Of a stretch of DNA of 64,000 nucleotides, positions 1 through 9,840 are shown piece by piece; the first letter of the stretch is position 1; each line of letters begins with the position of its first letter. The stretch is taken from NCBI GenBank assembly GCA_003599855.1, contig QZKG01000070.1:5698-69697 (forward strand). Reading direction: 5' to 3'. Below the pieces are notes generated by a model. The model was not told the DNA's origin, did not search any database, and was given only the letters and a program-made list of their open reading frames with translations. Source of the DNA: Gaiellales bacterium. GTDB taxonomy: Bacteria; Actinomycetota; Thermoleophilia; BMS3ABIN01. Both the position numbers and the translations under genes were made by a program.

Positions 1-2
1 CT

Positions 3-1148
3 CAAACAGGCGGCAACACGGCATCTGACGCGGCGATCATCGAGGCGATCAGCGACGCCCGCGCCCGTGGCATGAAGGTCATGCTCAAGCCCCACGTCGA
101 TGTGCTGCGAGAGGATGTCTGGCGCGGCGAGATAACGCCTTCGGACAAGGCGGCCTGGTTCGCGAGCTACCGGCAGTTCATCAACCACTATGCCGAGTTG
201 TCACAGCGTTACGGCGTGGACGTGCTCGTGGTCGGCAGTGAGCTCGCCAGCATGAGCGGCGGTGAGAACTACGCGGAATGGCAGCGCACGGTGGCTGAGG
301 TGCGCGCCCGCTACAGCGGCAAGCTCACCTATTCAGCCAGCCTCAACGAATATGGGTACGCCTGCCTCTGGGGCTGGATGGACTATCTTGGTTTCAACTT
401 CTATTTCCCCTTGAGTGAGAGCCAGGACCCGCCGGTCGAAGAGCTCATGCGGGGCTGGTACGACTACAACGGCCGTTATTCCCCGGCTAACTGGCTGGAG
501 AGGATACGCGCCTGGCAGGCCTACTGGAACAAGCCTGTCATCTTCACCGAGATCGGCTACCGTTCGATCCTCGGCACGGCCGTCTCGCCCTGGGATTACT
601 GGACGCCTGGTGTTTACAGCGGCCAGGCCCAGGCCAGGGCCTACGAGGCAGCGTTCCGCGTGCTCGCGAACGAGCCTTACGTCATCGGCGCCTTCTGGTG
701 GAACTGGACATCCGGCGACATCTACCGCAATCCGGTCAACACGGAATATTCCATCGCCGGCAAGCCCGCTGAGGCCGTGGTGGCCGACTGGTACACGAAC
801 CGCAGCAGTTCAGCGCCGAGGGTGCAGATGGACCTGTCTGCGGTCGTATGGGAGAGCTACGAGAATTACCGCGAGCGGCGATTGAGCGTGTTCTTCAGCG
901 TGTCCAACGGGGGCGGGGATACCGCCCGTGAGGTCCAGGTCATGGTATCCGGAGCGTCGAACAACGTGTCAGCGCTGTCTCCGACAGAAACGATGCTGGG
1001 CGATATCGCCGCAGGTTCGAGTATGCTCTACAAGGTCGTCTACCTGGTGCCGCAGGGGACGTCGTCGTTCCGCGTCAATAATTATGCGTCCTGCCGGGAC
1101 GCCAGCGGCACGCGCTTCTATTTCCCTGTAACACCGCCCGCCTATTAA
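3..1148 (+). CDS. Glycoside hydrolase family 113-like TIM-barrel protein with a C-terminal beta-rich domain (5' truncated)
   Basis: Frame is open from position 3 (QTGGNTASDAAIIEAISDARARGMKVMLKPHV). Clan GH-A motifs VVGSEL and VIFTEIGYRS. Confidence 0.75.
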   Translation, partial: QTGGNTASDAAIIEAISDARARGMKVMLKPHVDVLREDVWRGEITPSDKAAWFASYRQFINHYAELSQRYGVDVLVVGSELASMSGGENYAEWQRTVAEVRARYSGKLTYSASLNEYGYACLWGWMDYLGFNFYFPLSESQDPPVEELMRGWYDYNGRYSPANWLERIRAWQAYWNKPVIFTEIGYRSILGTAVSPWDYWTPGVYSGQAQARAYEAAFRVLANEPYVIGAFWWNWTSGDIYRNPVNTEYSIAGKPAEAVVADWYTNRSSSAPRVQMDLSAVVWESYENYRERRLSVFFSVSNGGGDTAREVQVMVSGASNNVSALSPTETMLGDIAAGSSMLYKVVYLVPQGTSSFRVNNYASCRDASGTRFYFPVTPPAY

Positions 1149-1172
1149 CAGCGCCGGCGGTGCTGCCTCCCG

Positions 1173-2489
1173 TCAGGCGTTCTCCACGAAGATGGGCATC
1201 GAGTCGAGTTCGATGCCGTCTGTCTCCCGGCTCTGGCCCATGAAATCGGTGATGCTCAGGCGCTCTCCCAGCTCGGGCGGCAGCGGGGCGTCTGCTTCAG
1301 CCCAGAGCAGGTATACGGGCTCCCGCCCGTCGGGGAACTCATACCGGAACTGCCCTGGCGCCAAACGGGTCACCAGGGAGTAACCGTCGGTCTTGCGGAC
1401 CAGCGTCGCATAGGCGAAAAAAGCCTTCTTCTTCGTGCCTGCGGGGGTGCCGGAGGCGGCTTCCGCGCCAAGGCCGTTGTAAACCAGGCCCGTGTTGTCG
1501 AAGTAGCCGTTGGCGCTCTCCCCGTACTGATGATTCTCATAGAAGCGGTTCCAGGAGATCCTTTCCGCCCCTTCCGCAGCAGCGGTCGCAAAGCGCTTGA
1601 GGAGCTCGGCCGCCTGCTCCTCCTCCGTCTGCGGGGGATAATCCGGCGGCTGGGACGGGGCGCCGGTGTAGGTGGCGCACTCGGTGAACCAGATGGAGAT
1701 GTCGCCATCGAAGCCGTTCGCATCGAACAGGCGCCGGTAGTCGTCCATCAGGCCCGGGATGGTCACGTAGTTGCCGGCGCGGCCGTAGAGGTGCAGGTCC
1801 ACTATGTCGAAGGGCCTGGACTCGCCCGTCCTGGCCGCGATGCCGCTCATGACCTGGCTGAAATACTCCCGGTCGCGGGTGCCGCCATTGAAAGGTACGG
1901 CAGCGCCGGCGAGGGCGATGCGGCATCCCGGGCAGACATCGCGCACCGCGTGCTCCATGGCGATGAAGACTTCGACATACTCTGCAGGTGGGTACTTGTA
2001 GAGGTCGGGCTCGTTGTCCATCTGCCAGACCTCGACATCATCGTGCTCGGCCACCAGTTGCCTCACATCGGCCTCGAACTCCGCCATCTCCGCAGTTGCC
2101 ACCGGGAAGGCCGGCCGTATGCAGCCGGCGACGCTGATGCCCCGGTCATGGAGCTTCTGCATGTAATCCGGGTATTCGATGAACTCTGAGTCGATGTAAT
2201 AGAAATCGATGCGGACCCAGGAGATGCCCAGGTCGTCGATGAGGCCGAGGGTGTAGTCCTGGAACTGCTCCAGGCTTTCAAGGCCAAGCTGGGCATAGAT
2301 GAGGTCTACGTTCTCAAACGAGGTCTGTTCAAACGTGCCCGGGGCGTAGAGGCCGTAGGGAGCGGATCCGGCCGCATGATCGTCAGCCTCGTCGTTGCCG
2401 GGCTCTGCGCAGGCGACTAGCGGCGCAGTCAACAGGAGGACTGCAGCAAGACAAGCCAGATATGCTGAAGCAGCAGGTTTCATCTTCAT
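1173..2489 (-). CDS. Putative lipoprotein glycoside hydrolase (clan GH-A, GH39/GH5-like)
   Basis: Signal peptide ending LVAC (lipobox). WQMDNEPD acid/base and IWFTE nucleophile motifs. Confidence 0.65.
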   Translation of the reverse strand: MKMKPAASAYLACLAAVLLLTAPLVACAEPGNDEADDHAAGSAPYGLYAPGTFEQTSFENVDLIYAQLGLESLEQFQDYTLGLIDDLGISWVRIDFYYIDSEFIEYPDYMQKLHDRGISVAGCIRPAFPVATAEMAEFEADVRQLVAEHDDVEVWQMDNEPDLYKYPPAEYVEVFIAMEHAVRDVCPGCRIALAGAAVPFNGGTRDREYFSQVMSGIAARTGESRPFDIVDLHLYGRAGNYVTIPGLMDDYRRLFDANGFDGDISIWFTECATYTGAPSQPPDYPPQTEEEQAAELLKRFATAAAEGAERISWNRFYENHQYGESANGYFDNTGLVYNGLGAEAASGTPAGTKKKAFFAYATLVRKTDGYSLVTRLAPGQFRYEFPDGREPVYLLWAEADAPLPPELGERLSITDFMGQSRETDGIELDSMPIFVENA

Positions 2490-2612
2490 GAGCCAGGATT
2501 CACCGACATCTCGGAGCTACGCGTATCGCTCGGGATCGCCCCTGGGCGATGCCCCCCCAGGAAATCTGTTGGACGACCTTGGTCATCCTGCGCCACTCCC
2601 GTTAGTCTACCC

Positions 2613-2655
2613 AAAAATAATAATCTGCCTGCAGATTCATAACAGGCAGATTATT
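2613..2655 (-). terminator. Intrinsic terminator of the small surface-peptide gene
   Basis: 13-bp stem AATAATCTGCCTG (2619-2631) / CAGGCAGATTATT (2643-2655), with a T-tract on the minus strand. Confidence 0.75.
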
Positions 2656-2678
2656 AAAAGGTGCTACTGAAACAATGG

Positions 2679-2906
2679 CTAGCTTGCCTTCGCGCGGCGA
2701 AGCAGGTAGCCTGCGCCGACCAGAGCGGAACCGATGCCGCCCAGTATCAGCAATGGGCTGCCGGTGGTGCCGCCGGTGGTGCCTCCGGTCTGCGGACCGG
2801 TACCACCACTCTCTACAACAGTCGCGAAAGAAAGCTGCGCGAAAATCATCATGACGCAGATAGCCAAAACCGTCGTTATCAAGAACAGGTAAGCCTTCTT
2901 CTTCAA
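2679..2906 (-). CDS. 75-aa secreted peptide with a Gly/Thr-rich linker, xPQTG motif, C-terminal TM helix and basic tail
   Basis: GGAGGTG RBS before TTG at 2906. Signal peptide, then GPQTGGTTGGTTGS, a hydrophobic helix and RRAKAS. Confidence 0.75.
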   Translation of the reverse strand: MKKKAYLFLITTVLAICVMMIFAQLSFATVVESGGTGPQTGGTTGGTTGSPLLILGGIGSALVGAGYLLRRAKAS

Positions 2907-2945
2907 TTGATTCACCTCCCTCTGGATTCCCATCTTCTTTCAGTT

Positions 2946-2975
2946 AATCTACTTTAGGTACTATGCGCATGTCAA
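2946..2975 (-). promoter_or_regulatory. Sigma70-type promoter of the small peptide gene
   Basis: Minus strand TTGACA-N18-TAGATT. Confidence 0.6.
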
Positions 2976-2991
2976 TAATTCCTGCATTTAT

Positions 2992-4710
2992 TTAGGGATA
3001 AAAGCGGGAGAAGGGCCAGGAGACCCCCGCCATCCGCAAGACGGCTGAGTTCGACAGCCTGTCCGGTTCTGCCACCCTGTAGATGTAGAGTATGTCCCGG
3101 TTGTCTCCCAGGAATCCGTAGGGGATGACCATGCCGATCCGTCCCAGCCAGGATGTCCTGTTCTCCAGGTATTCCGTTACCAGCGGCCACTCCTGAGGGT
3201 AAACCACCTCCTCGACGAGCTCCAGCCTGTATGTGAAGCTCTTATTGAAGTACCAGCGGTTGTTTCTCGATTCGATGATATAATCCCCGGTTTCGATGCC
3301 TTCGCCGTCCACCATCGCCATCCTGTATCCTTCCTGCTCCATGTAATACTGGAAGCCCAGCCCCCCGAGGAACCAGACATGGCCGTCGGGTGGATAATTC
3401 TCCAGCGCCCATTCCGTCTCCACCGGGTGGACGTTGGCCCGCTGATGCTCGCCGATGGCTATGCCCAGGGAGAGCGCCAGGGTGAGCCCCGCGACGACGG
3501 CTGTCCCTGTCCGCATCCTCTTTCTGCTGTCCCCCCATAGTTTTTCCATCTCCCGGACGGCGTAGATGACCACCGGCGCCAGCAGCGGGAGGATGAACCG
3601 CGACGATGAGTATGGCAGCAGGATGCTGTTGTAAAAGAAGACCCCCAGGAACCAGAGGCCGAGGAATACGTCGTCACCGCCGCCGGCGTCGACCAGCGTG
3701 AGCGGCAGGGCGTTGAAGAACCTTCGCAGGATGTAGAGCAGGATCGCCGTCCCGGCGGCCATCAGCCAGGGGAGCAAGAGGACGTTATCCGCCGAATAGG
3801 AGCCGTTGAGGTAATTGACCGCCGCCCAGGCGCCGGTGACCACGAGGACGCCGGCGCTCGCCAGCCTGATCCATCTGCGGCCGGTGAAGACAAGCAGCGC
3901 CGCGAGGGGGAAGATGATGACGCCGCCCACCAGCGTGATGGCGCCCCTTATCCTGACCAGGATGGAGTCAAGGTCCATCGGCTGCACAACCGTGTTGTAG
4001 GTGAACCGCGGCGGCGCGCCATAGTAGGCGTAGTGCGCCGAGGCAAAAGCGAGGAACACGACAACAGGTATGGACAGTGCGATGATCGTCTTGGGGCTGA
4101 TCCTCCTGGACAGCAGCAGGTAAACGAAAAGGAGAGGGAGGAGCGACAGGTCCTGGTAATAGGTGAGCACGCCCAGGGAAAGGCATAGCGCTCCCGCCAG
4201 CAGGTATGCCAGCCTGTCATCGTCGATGCCCTTGAGATAAAAGGCTGTCGCTAGCAGCCAGAATGTCGTCCCCGGCACGTCGATCATGATCAGGTGATTC
4301 GCCACCAGATAAGCCGGCGCCAGGATGAAGAGCAGTGTGGCGATGAACGCGTTCACGCCGAAGCGCCTTGCGATAAAATACATGGCCAGCACGGCAAGCA
4401 GCGGGAACAGCAGCATTTCCAGGTGAAGCGCGGTCTCGGCGAGGCTTCCGGTTATTGCCAGCCACATGCTCAGGTACAGCGAATGCAGTCTCGGGTGAGT
4501 GTCGTGGTAGCTGTTTTCCGGATAGTTCACTCCGAAATAGTCGTAATCCGGTATGTGATGCCAGAGCGGATGCTCGAGGCCCTGCTTGGCGAAGTGGACC
4601 CACTGGTGGGCGTCATGATGGACGGCCTGGCCGATGAACGGCAGCGTCACCGCCAGCAGCACCCCGATCAGTATCACCAGCTGGAAACGCTTGAAAAAAG
4701 CGGACTTCAT
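2992..4710 (-). CDS. GT-C fold glycosyltransferase (ArnT/PMT, GT39/GT83-like)
   Basis: Polytopic membrane protein with N-terminal loop HHD and HDTHPRL. ATG at 4710 overlaps the upstream gene's stop. Confidence 0.7.
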   Translation of the reverse strand: MKSAFFKRFQLVILIGVLLAVTLPFIGQAVHHDAHQWVHFAKQGLEHPLWHHIPDYDYFGVNYPENSYHDTHPRLHSLYLSMWLAITGSLAETALHLEMLLFPLLAVLAMYFIARRFGVNAFIATLLFILAPAYLVANHLIMIDVPGTTFWLLATAFYLKGIDDDRLAYLLAGALCLSLGVLTYYQDLSLLPLLFVYLLLSRRISPKTIIALSIPVVVFLAFASAHYAYYGAPPRFTYNTVVQPMDLDSILVRIRGAITLVGGVIIFPLAALLVFTGRRWIRLASAGVLVVTGAWAAVNYLNGSYSADNVLLLPWLMAAGTAILLYILRRFFNALPLTLVDAGGGDDVFLGLWFLGVFFYNSILLPYSSSRFILPLLAPVVIYAVREMEKLWGDSRKRMRTGTAVVAGLTLALSLGIAIGEHQRANVHPVETEWALENYPPDGHVWFLGGLGFQYYMEQEGYRMAMVDGEGIETGDYIIESRNNRWYFNKSFTYRLELVEEVVYPQEWPLVTEYLENRTSWLGRIGMVIPYGFLGDNRDILYIYRVAEPDRLSNSAVLRMAGVSWPFSRFYP

Positions 4711-6485
4711 CGCTCTTCCAGATCCTCGATCCAAGTGATGCCTACCTCCCTGTACAGCTCGTATTGCGACTCATCCAGCGGGTTGGGCTCATCGTCGATG
4801 CGCCATGTCCTTACTGTATCAGCCCGCTCTCCCAGGGTATCGATCCTGAAGGGCAGGAACACCGAATTCCACCAGCAGGTGTCCGAGCCGGCGCACGGCA
4901 TGAAAAAGATCTGATCGTTGTAAAGAACCAGGGTCTGGTCGCGCCTAAGTCTCTGCATCACCGAGGGATACGGCACCCAGGCGCCGTCCTTGACTGAATA
5001 AGCCACGTAGTCACCGGGTCGCGGTTCCTCTAACGGAAGGGATCTTGTCGTTTGCGCGTACAGCTCGTTTTCCACGCTCGGCACAAGCCTGAAGCCGGCC
5101 CGCTCCAGGTAGTAGCCGAACCCGAAGGTGCCATTATACCAGGCGCCGCCGGTGCCGTCGTAATTCTCGATCGCCCATTCTGCGGCGACCTTGCCGTTTC
5201 TGGCGGCGGTGTATGTCGTCAGGCTGAGCAACGTTGAAAAGACCAGCGTCAGGGCCAGGGCGCTCCCGGCCAGGGAGGGTCTCAGCCATCGGGTTCGGAT
5301 ATGTGCGCGCCATATCGTCAGCAGGCCGAGGATCGCGGCAGGGACGATGGCCAGCAGGTAGCGCGGCGCCGGGTAGGGGAGCAGGATAGTCGTATATGCC
5401 AGAACGCTGAAGAACCAGACGGCCAGGAACAGCGCATCCCTGCCCGCGCGTGAATTCCGGTTTTCCCTGCTGGAAAGCGCCGCCGCGGACCTCTCTATCA
5501 TCAGGTACGTGATCGTGATGCCCACGGGTAGCATGACCGACAGCAGCAACATGTCCGAGAGACCGTAGTCGCCCAGCACGTACTTGACCACCGACCATGA
5601 CCAGGTGATCATCGAAGATGACACGAAAACGAGTATGCTCGTCCAGCGCGTGAGAAACCCCGCCACCGCAACCAGGGGGAATAACAGAGTTCCCCCCAGC
5701 ACGGTCAGGTTGGCGCGCAGGAAAGCAAGCGCGGAAGTCGGTTGCATGGTGTTCAGCCGGGACCTGTAGGAGAGGCGTGGCAACTGGCCATATGCGGCCA
5801 CGACCGCCAGCAGGTAGGCTCCAAAAAAGATCCCGGCTGCTGCGATGGGGACGAGATTCCTGATGCGGAACTGTCGATGGATGACCAGGTAAGCCAGCGC
5901 CAGGGGCAGCACCACCAGCCCCTGGAAGAACGTCTGGCTGGCGAGGATCATCAGCAACGCCGACAGGCTCAAAAGCCATCTGCCCCGCTGCCTTTCCACG
6001 GCGGCGATGAACACAGCCAGGGCGGCGATCGAGAGAGACACGCCCGGCACGTCCACCATCTCCGTATGCGAGCTCACCATCAGCATGGGGCTGGCCAGGA
6101 AGAACAGCGCGGCCGCGAGGCCGCTGACCCGGAAGCGGCGGCCAAGGAAGTACATGCCCACTGCGCCGATGAAGGGGAAGATCGCGAGCGAGAGGTGGAG
6201 CGGCACCTCCGATGGCTCGCCGGTGGCCCGGATGACGAGGCTCAAATACAGCGGCAAAAATTTTGGATGGGTTTCGAGATAGCTGTCAAAAAAGATGCCC
6301 CTGTTGCTGAAATGGCTGGGAAGGTCCTGCGAGAAGGGCTGCTCTATCTGCCTCTCGGCGAAGGCGATGGTCTCGGGCCCGTCAATAGAGAAAGGCTGGG
6401 CGGCAAAGGGAACGGTTATCACAAGGGTGGCCAGGGCGATGACAGCCAGCGCAAGAGCAGTCTGATGCTTTTGAGATATTCTCAT
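4707..6485 (-). CDS. GT-C fold glycosyltransferase (ArnT/PMT-like), paralog of the downstream gene
   Basis: Same layout (FSIDGP, LETHPKF, MVDVPG, PRYLL). Start could be GTG 6494. Confidence 0.7.
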   Translation of the reverse strand: MRISQKHQTALALAVIALATLVITVPFAAQPFSIDGPETIAFAERQIEQPFSQDLPSHFSNRGIFFDSYLETHPKFLPLYLSLVIRATGEPSEVPLHLSLAIFPFIGAVGMYFLGRRFRVSGLAAALFFLASPMLMVSSHTEMVDVPGVSLSIAALAVFIAAVERQRGRWLLSLSALLMILASQTFFQGLVVLPLALAYLVIHRQFRIRNLVPIAAAGIFFGAYLLAVVAAYGQLPRLSYRSRLNTMQPTSALAFLRANLTVLGGTLLFPLVAVAGFLTRWTSILVFVSSSMITWSWSVVKYVLGDYGLSDMLLLSVMLPVGITITYLMIERSAAALSSRENRNSRAGRDALFLAVWFFSVLAYTTILLPYPAPRYLLAIVPAAILGLLTIWRAHIRTRWLRPSLAGSALALTLVFSTLLSLTTYTAARNGKVAAEWAIENYDGTGGAWYNGTFGFGYYLERAGFRLVPSVENELYAQTTRSLPLEEPRPGDYVAYSVKDGAWVPYPSVMQRLRRDQTLVLYNDQIFFMPCAGSDTCWWNSVFLPFRIDTLGERADTVRTWRIDDEPNPLDESQYELYREVGITWIEDLEER

Positions 6486-6703
6486 AGGAGTCACAAGCGA
6501 TCATGATTCATAGGAAAGCGGTGCTCGTGGCAAGCCGGCGCTCACAGGAACCACTCTTCATCCAGGCGCTTGTTCACGAATAGATTACACTTATTCATCC
6601 CTGTTGAAAAGAAAAACCAGGCTGGCTCCGCAGTTGCTGATAGGATACGGTCAGGGCCGCCGGGGGCGGCCGGCCATCCGGCATCCAGCATAACGGACCG
6701 TAC

Positions 6704-8146
6704 GTGAAAAACGACAACCACCAGGGAACGAGCGGCTTCTGGGCGCGGCGCGCCCGGCGCGCTGTTTTGATAACGGCGGAGGCGACCATCGCCGCTGTGA
6801 TGGCGTTTCTCACCATGATCCTGGTGGCGCCCACCGAGGTGCAGGTCGGCCCCGTGCTCATCGGGTTCGAGGCGAGGCCGTCCTGGGGCGGCCACACCGT
6901 GGTTGAACTGCCGCCGGCGGGATCGCTGCATGCCCAGACCCATCGCGCCCCGGTGGAGCTGGTATTCACGCTCAAGGAGATAGCGGTGGACCAGGCGGCT
7001 GACCTCACGCGGGAGGGCTCCGCCGCCAGGGAGGAGCTGCGCATGTGGCGTGAGCCCGTCACGGGCGCGGCGCGCATGCTGTTGCTCAGGACGGCGGTTG
7101 CCGCGGCGCTGGCGGCGGGGTCGATAGCATGGCTGGCCAGGCGCCGCTGGGCATGGGTAGCAGCGGGAATGGCCCTGGGCCTGACTGTCGCGGCAGGGTT
7201 GTCACTGCTTGTCTGGTACTCCTACGACCTGGATGCCTTCTCCCAGCCGGAGTACACCGGCAACCTGGCGCGGGCGCCGGAGATCGTCGGCTTCTCCCAC
7301 GAGTTCCTGGCGAACCTTGAGACCTATTCCGACCAGGTGCCGCGCATCGCCGAGAACCTCTACCGGACCGTGAACGAGCTGCAACGGCTCCCGGACGGCA
7401 TGCCGCTGGAGGATTCCATCAGGGTGCTGCACGTCTCAGACCTCCACAACAGTGAAGCCGGGGCCGCGCTGCTGCAGCGCGTGACAGGGCTTTACGACAT
7501 CGACTTCGTGATAGACACAGGCGACATCAGCGAGCTCGGCACCCCCTTTGAGCTGGGTTACCCCGGAACATTCCTGCCACTCGAAGTTCCTTACCTGTGG
7601 ATTGCGGGGAATCATGACAGCGGCCTGGTGAGCGAGACTATGGCGGAGATAGATGGGGTCACGGTGCTCGACGGTGACTTCAGGACTGTCGAGGGGCTGA
7701 CGGTGGGGGGCTTCCCCGACCCTTCCGCCGCTTCGCTCATACCCAGGGTGGCCACCGGAAGCGAGCTGGAAGAAGACAGCCGGATGATACTGGCGGCGGT
7801 CAGGGAGGCTAAGCCTGCCCCCGACATCATCGCTGTCCATGATCCCGGGCAGGCCCGCAGGCTTACCGGGGTCGTCCCGGTGGTGCTGAGCGGCCATGTC
7901 CACCGGGATTCCATCGATGTGACGGACGGCACGGTGCTGATCAACGCCGGCAGCACGGGCGGCGGCGGCCTGCGGGGCTTCGAGGCGGAGGGGGAGACCC
8001 CCAGCTCCCTGCAGGTGCTGTATTTCAACCGCTCCACTCATAAGATCATGGCGGCCGACACCATAGTGATCTACGGTTTCAGCCAGGAGTACACGGTTGC
8101 CCGGCAGATCTTCAGCGGCACTGATGCACCGGTCCCCGTCGCATGA
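6704..8146 (+). CDS. Membrane-anchored metallophosphoesterase (calcineurin-like)
   Basis: HVSDLH, DTGD, AGNHD, VH and GHVH motifs after N-terminal TM helices. Confidence 0.8.
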   Translation: MKNDNHQGTSGFWARRARRAVLITAEATIAAVMAFLTMILVAPTEVQVGPVLIGFEARPSWGGHTVVELPPAGSLHAQTHRAPVELVFTLKEIAVDQAADLTREGSAAREELRMWREPVTGAARMLLLRTAVAAALAAGSIAWLARRRWAWVAAGMALGLTVAAGLSLLVWYSYDLDAFSQPEYTGNLARAPEIVGFSHEFLANLETYSDQVPRIAENLYRTVNELQRLPDGMPLEDSIRVLHVSDLHNSEAGAALLQRVTGLYDIDFVIDTGDISELGTPFELGYPGTFLPLEVPYLWIAGNHDSGLVSETMAEIDGVTVLDGDFRTVEGLTVGGFPDPSAASLIPRVATGSELEEDSRMILAAVREAKPAPDIIAVHDPGQARRLTGVVPVVLSGHVHRDSIDVTDGTVLINAGSTGGGGLRGFEAEGETPSSLQVLYFNRSTHKIMAADTIVIYGFSQEYTVARQIFSGTDAPVPVA

Positions 8147-8219
8147 GCCGGCGCCAGGGCCGGGCGCCCTTCCGGCACGTTGCATGGAAGCCGAGATGAT
8201 AGTATTTTTCGATCGAGCA

Positions 8220-8249
8220 GCGTAATTATTCTGCCCGCGGCCCGTCATA
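8220..8249 (+). promoter_or_regulatory. Putative ECF-sigma promoter (autoregulatory)
   Basis: GCGTAATT-N15-CGTCATA upstream of the ECF gene. Identical boxes and spacing at 9766-9795. Confidence 0.7.
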
Positions 8250-8268
8250 TGGGCAGAGAGGGCAAGGA

Positions 8269-9711
8269 ATGATGATGGAGCTTACTGACAGTCAGCTGGC
8301 GCTGATGGCGGGCCGGGGTGATGCGGACGCCTGCCGGCGGCTGTTCGAGCGTTACCAGCATCCGGTCTACAATTTCGTGTACCGGATGGTGGACAACGCC
8401 GAGGACGCTTCCGACATCGTCCAGGACGCCTTCATCAAGGTATATAACGTCCTCGGGCGGCAGGAAGTCCGGAACTTCTCCGCTTACCTCTACCGCACCG
8501 CCAGGAACCTCGCCTACGATGAGATGAGGCGCCGGTCCCGCTTCGCCGATGTCGACCAGGAACTGCTGGCGCCGGAGGACCCGAACATCTACGCCGACCC
8601 CCAGCGGGCCCTGCTCCTCGCCGAGCAGATGCAGAAGGTACGGCAGGCTGCGGGCGGTCTCAGCGAGAACCAGCGGGCGGCGCTCGTCCTGCGGGAGCTG
8701 GAGGGGTTGGACTACGACCAGATGGCGGAGGTCATGGAATCCAACCGCAACGCCGTCGGGGCACTGCTGTCGCGGGCGCGCCTGAAGTTCAGAGAGGAGC
8801 TCAGGATGGCTCAGGTAAGAACAGACATGGCACCGGAAGAATGCGAGGAGGCCATCGCCCTGCTTTCTCCCTACATTGATGGCGAGCTTGCCGGTGAGGA
8901 CATCGCTTACGTCGAGCGCCACCTGGAGCAGTGCGGCTTCTGCGCGGCTGCGTTTGAAGAGATGCGCGAGGCTTCGCGTTCCTTCAGGGTGCTGATACCG
9001 GTCATACCGCCGGCCGACATGGCCGAGGCCTTCACGCGCAGGCTCCGTGAGGCGGGCGACGCTGCTGCGCAAACTGCCGGCGGGCAGGCAACGGACACCG
9101 CCCCCGCGGGCAGCCGTTCCCTTGCGTCCAGGTTCATGGCCAGCAGGATCACCTGGGCCGTTACGGCTCTCGTGGCAGCCGCCGGCCTGGGTTTATTCCT
9201 TATCGCGGGCGAGGTGGGGCGCGATCGGGACGTGGCTGCGACCCGGACGGGGGAGGGGGGAGCGGCGGGTCAGCGGGATGACACAAACGACGGTCTGCGG
9301 GAGATGCCCGGCGTCGGACCGGCCCACGGTGACGGCATCGACCTCCAGGGCGCCCAGGATGGCCAACCCGGGGCGGACGGCCGGGCAGAGCCAGGCCAGG
9401 ATGATCCGGGTGAGACGGCGGCAGGCATGGTCGTATCCGGGTACGCCACCCCAAACCCGGTAAAACAGTACTCGCGGGTGACGGTCACCGTGGAAGTGAC
9501 CGGCAGCCCCGGTTCGGTCTCGGTGGCCATCGGCGACGCCATGACCGTGAAGCTGGCCAGGCAGTACGCCACCCCGGACGGCGAAGTCTGGAGCTGGGCC
9601 GGGAATGCACAGGCGCCCGGCTATTACGTCATGACCGCCTCGGCCGCCTATCCCGGCGCTACCGCAGAGGCGATGATCGGCGCCCTGGAAGTCGTCTACA
9701 CCCTCTACTGA
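8269..9711 (+). CDS. ECF sigma-70 factor fused to a zinc-finger anti-sigma (ZAS/zf-HC2) domain, TM helix and extracytoplasmic domain
   Basis: Sigma2 (DASDIVQDAF, YLYRTARN), sigma4 (LSENQRAALVLRELEGLDY), HLEQCGFC, and a TM segment (WAVTALVAAAGLGLFLIAG). Confidence 0.85.
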   Translation: MMMELTDSQLALMAGRGDADACRRLFERYQHPVYNFVYRMVDNAEDASDIVQDAFIKVYNVLGRQEVRNFSAYLYRTARNLAYDEMRRRSRFADVDQELLAPEDPNIYADPQRALLLAEQMQKVRQAAGGLSENQRAALVLRELEGLDYDQMAEVMESNRNAVGALLSRARLKFREELRMAQVRTDMAPEECEEAIALLSPYIDGELAGEDIAYVERHLEQCGFCAAAFEEMREASRSFRVLIPVIPPADMAEAFTRRLREAGDAAAQTAGGQATDTAPAGSRSLASRFMASRITWAVTALVAAAGLGLFLIAGEVGRDRDVAATRTGEGGAAGQRDDTNDGLREMPGVGPAHGDGIDLQGAQDGQPGADGRAEPGQDDPGETAAGMVVSGYATPNPVKQYSRVTVTVEVTGSPGSVSVAIGDAMTVKLARQYATPDGEVWSWAGNAQAPGYYVMTASAAYPGATAEAMIGALEVVYTLY

Positions 9712-9765
9712 CAAGCCCCTCCGGCTCGCAGCGGTTATCAAAAGCAGCCGCGCTTTCCTGCCCCT

Positions 9766-9795
9766 GCGTAATTCCTGAGCCTTTTCTGCGTCATA
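9766..9795 (+). promoter_or_regulatory. Putative ECF-sigma promoter of the sortase gene
   Basis: GCGTAATT-N15-CGTCATA, same boxes as 8220-8249. Confidence 0.7.
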
Positions 9796-9840
9796 GAAGT
9801 GGCGACCAGATCAGAGCCGCGTCAGGGAAAGGGAGGACGG

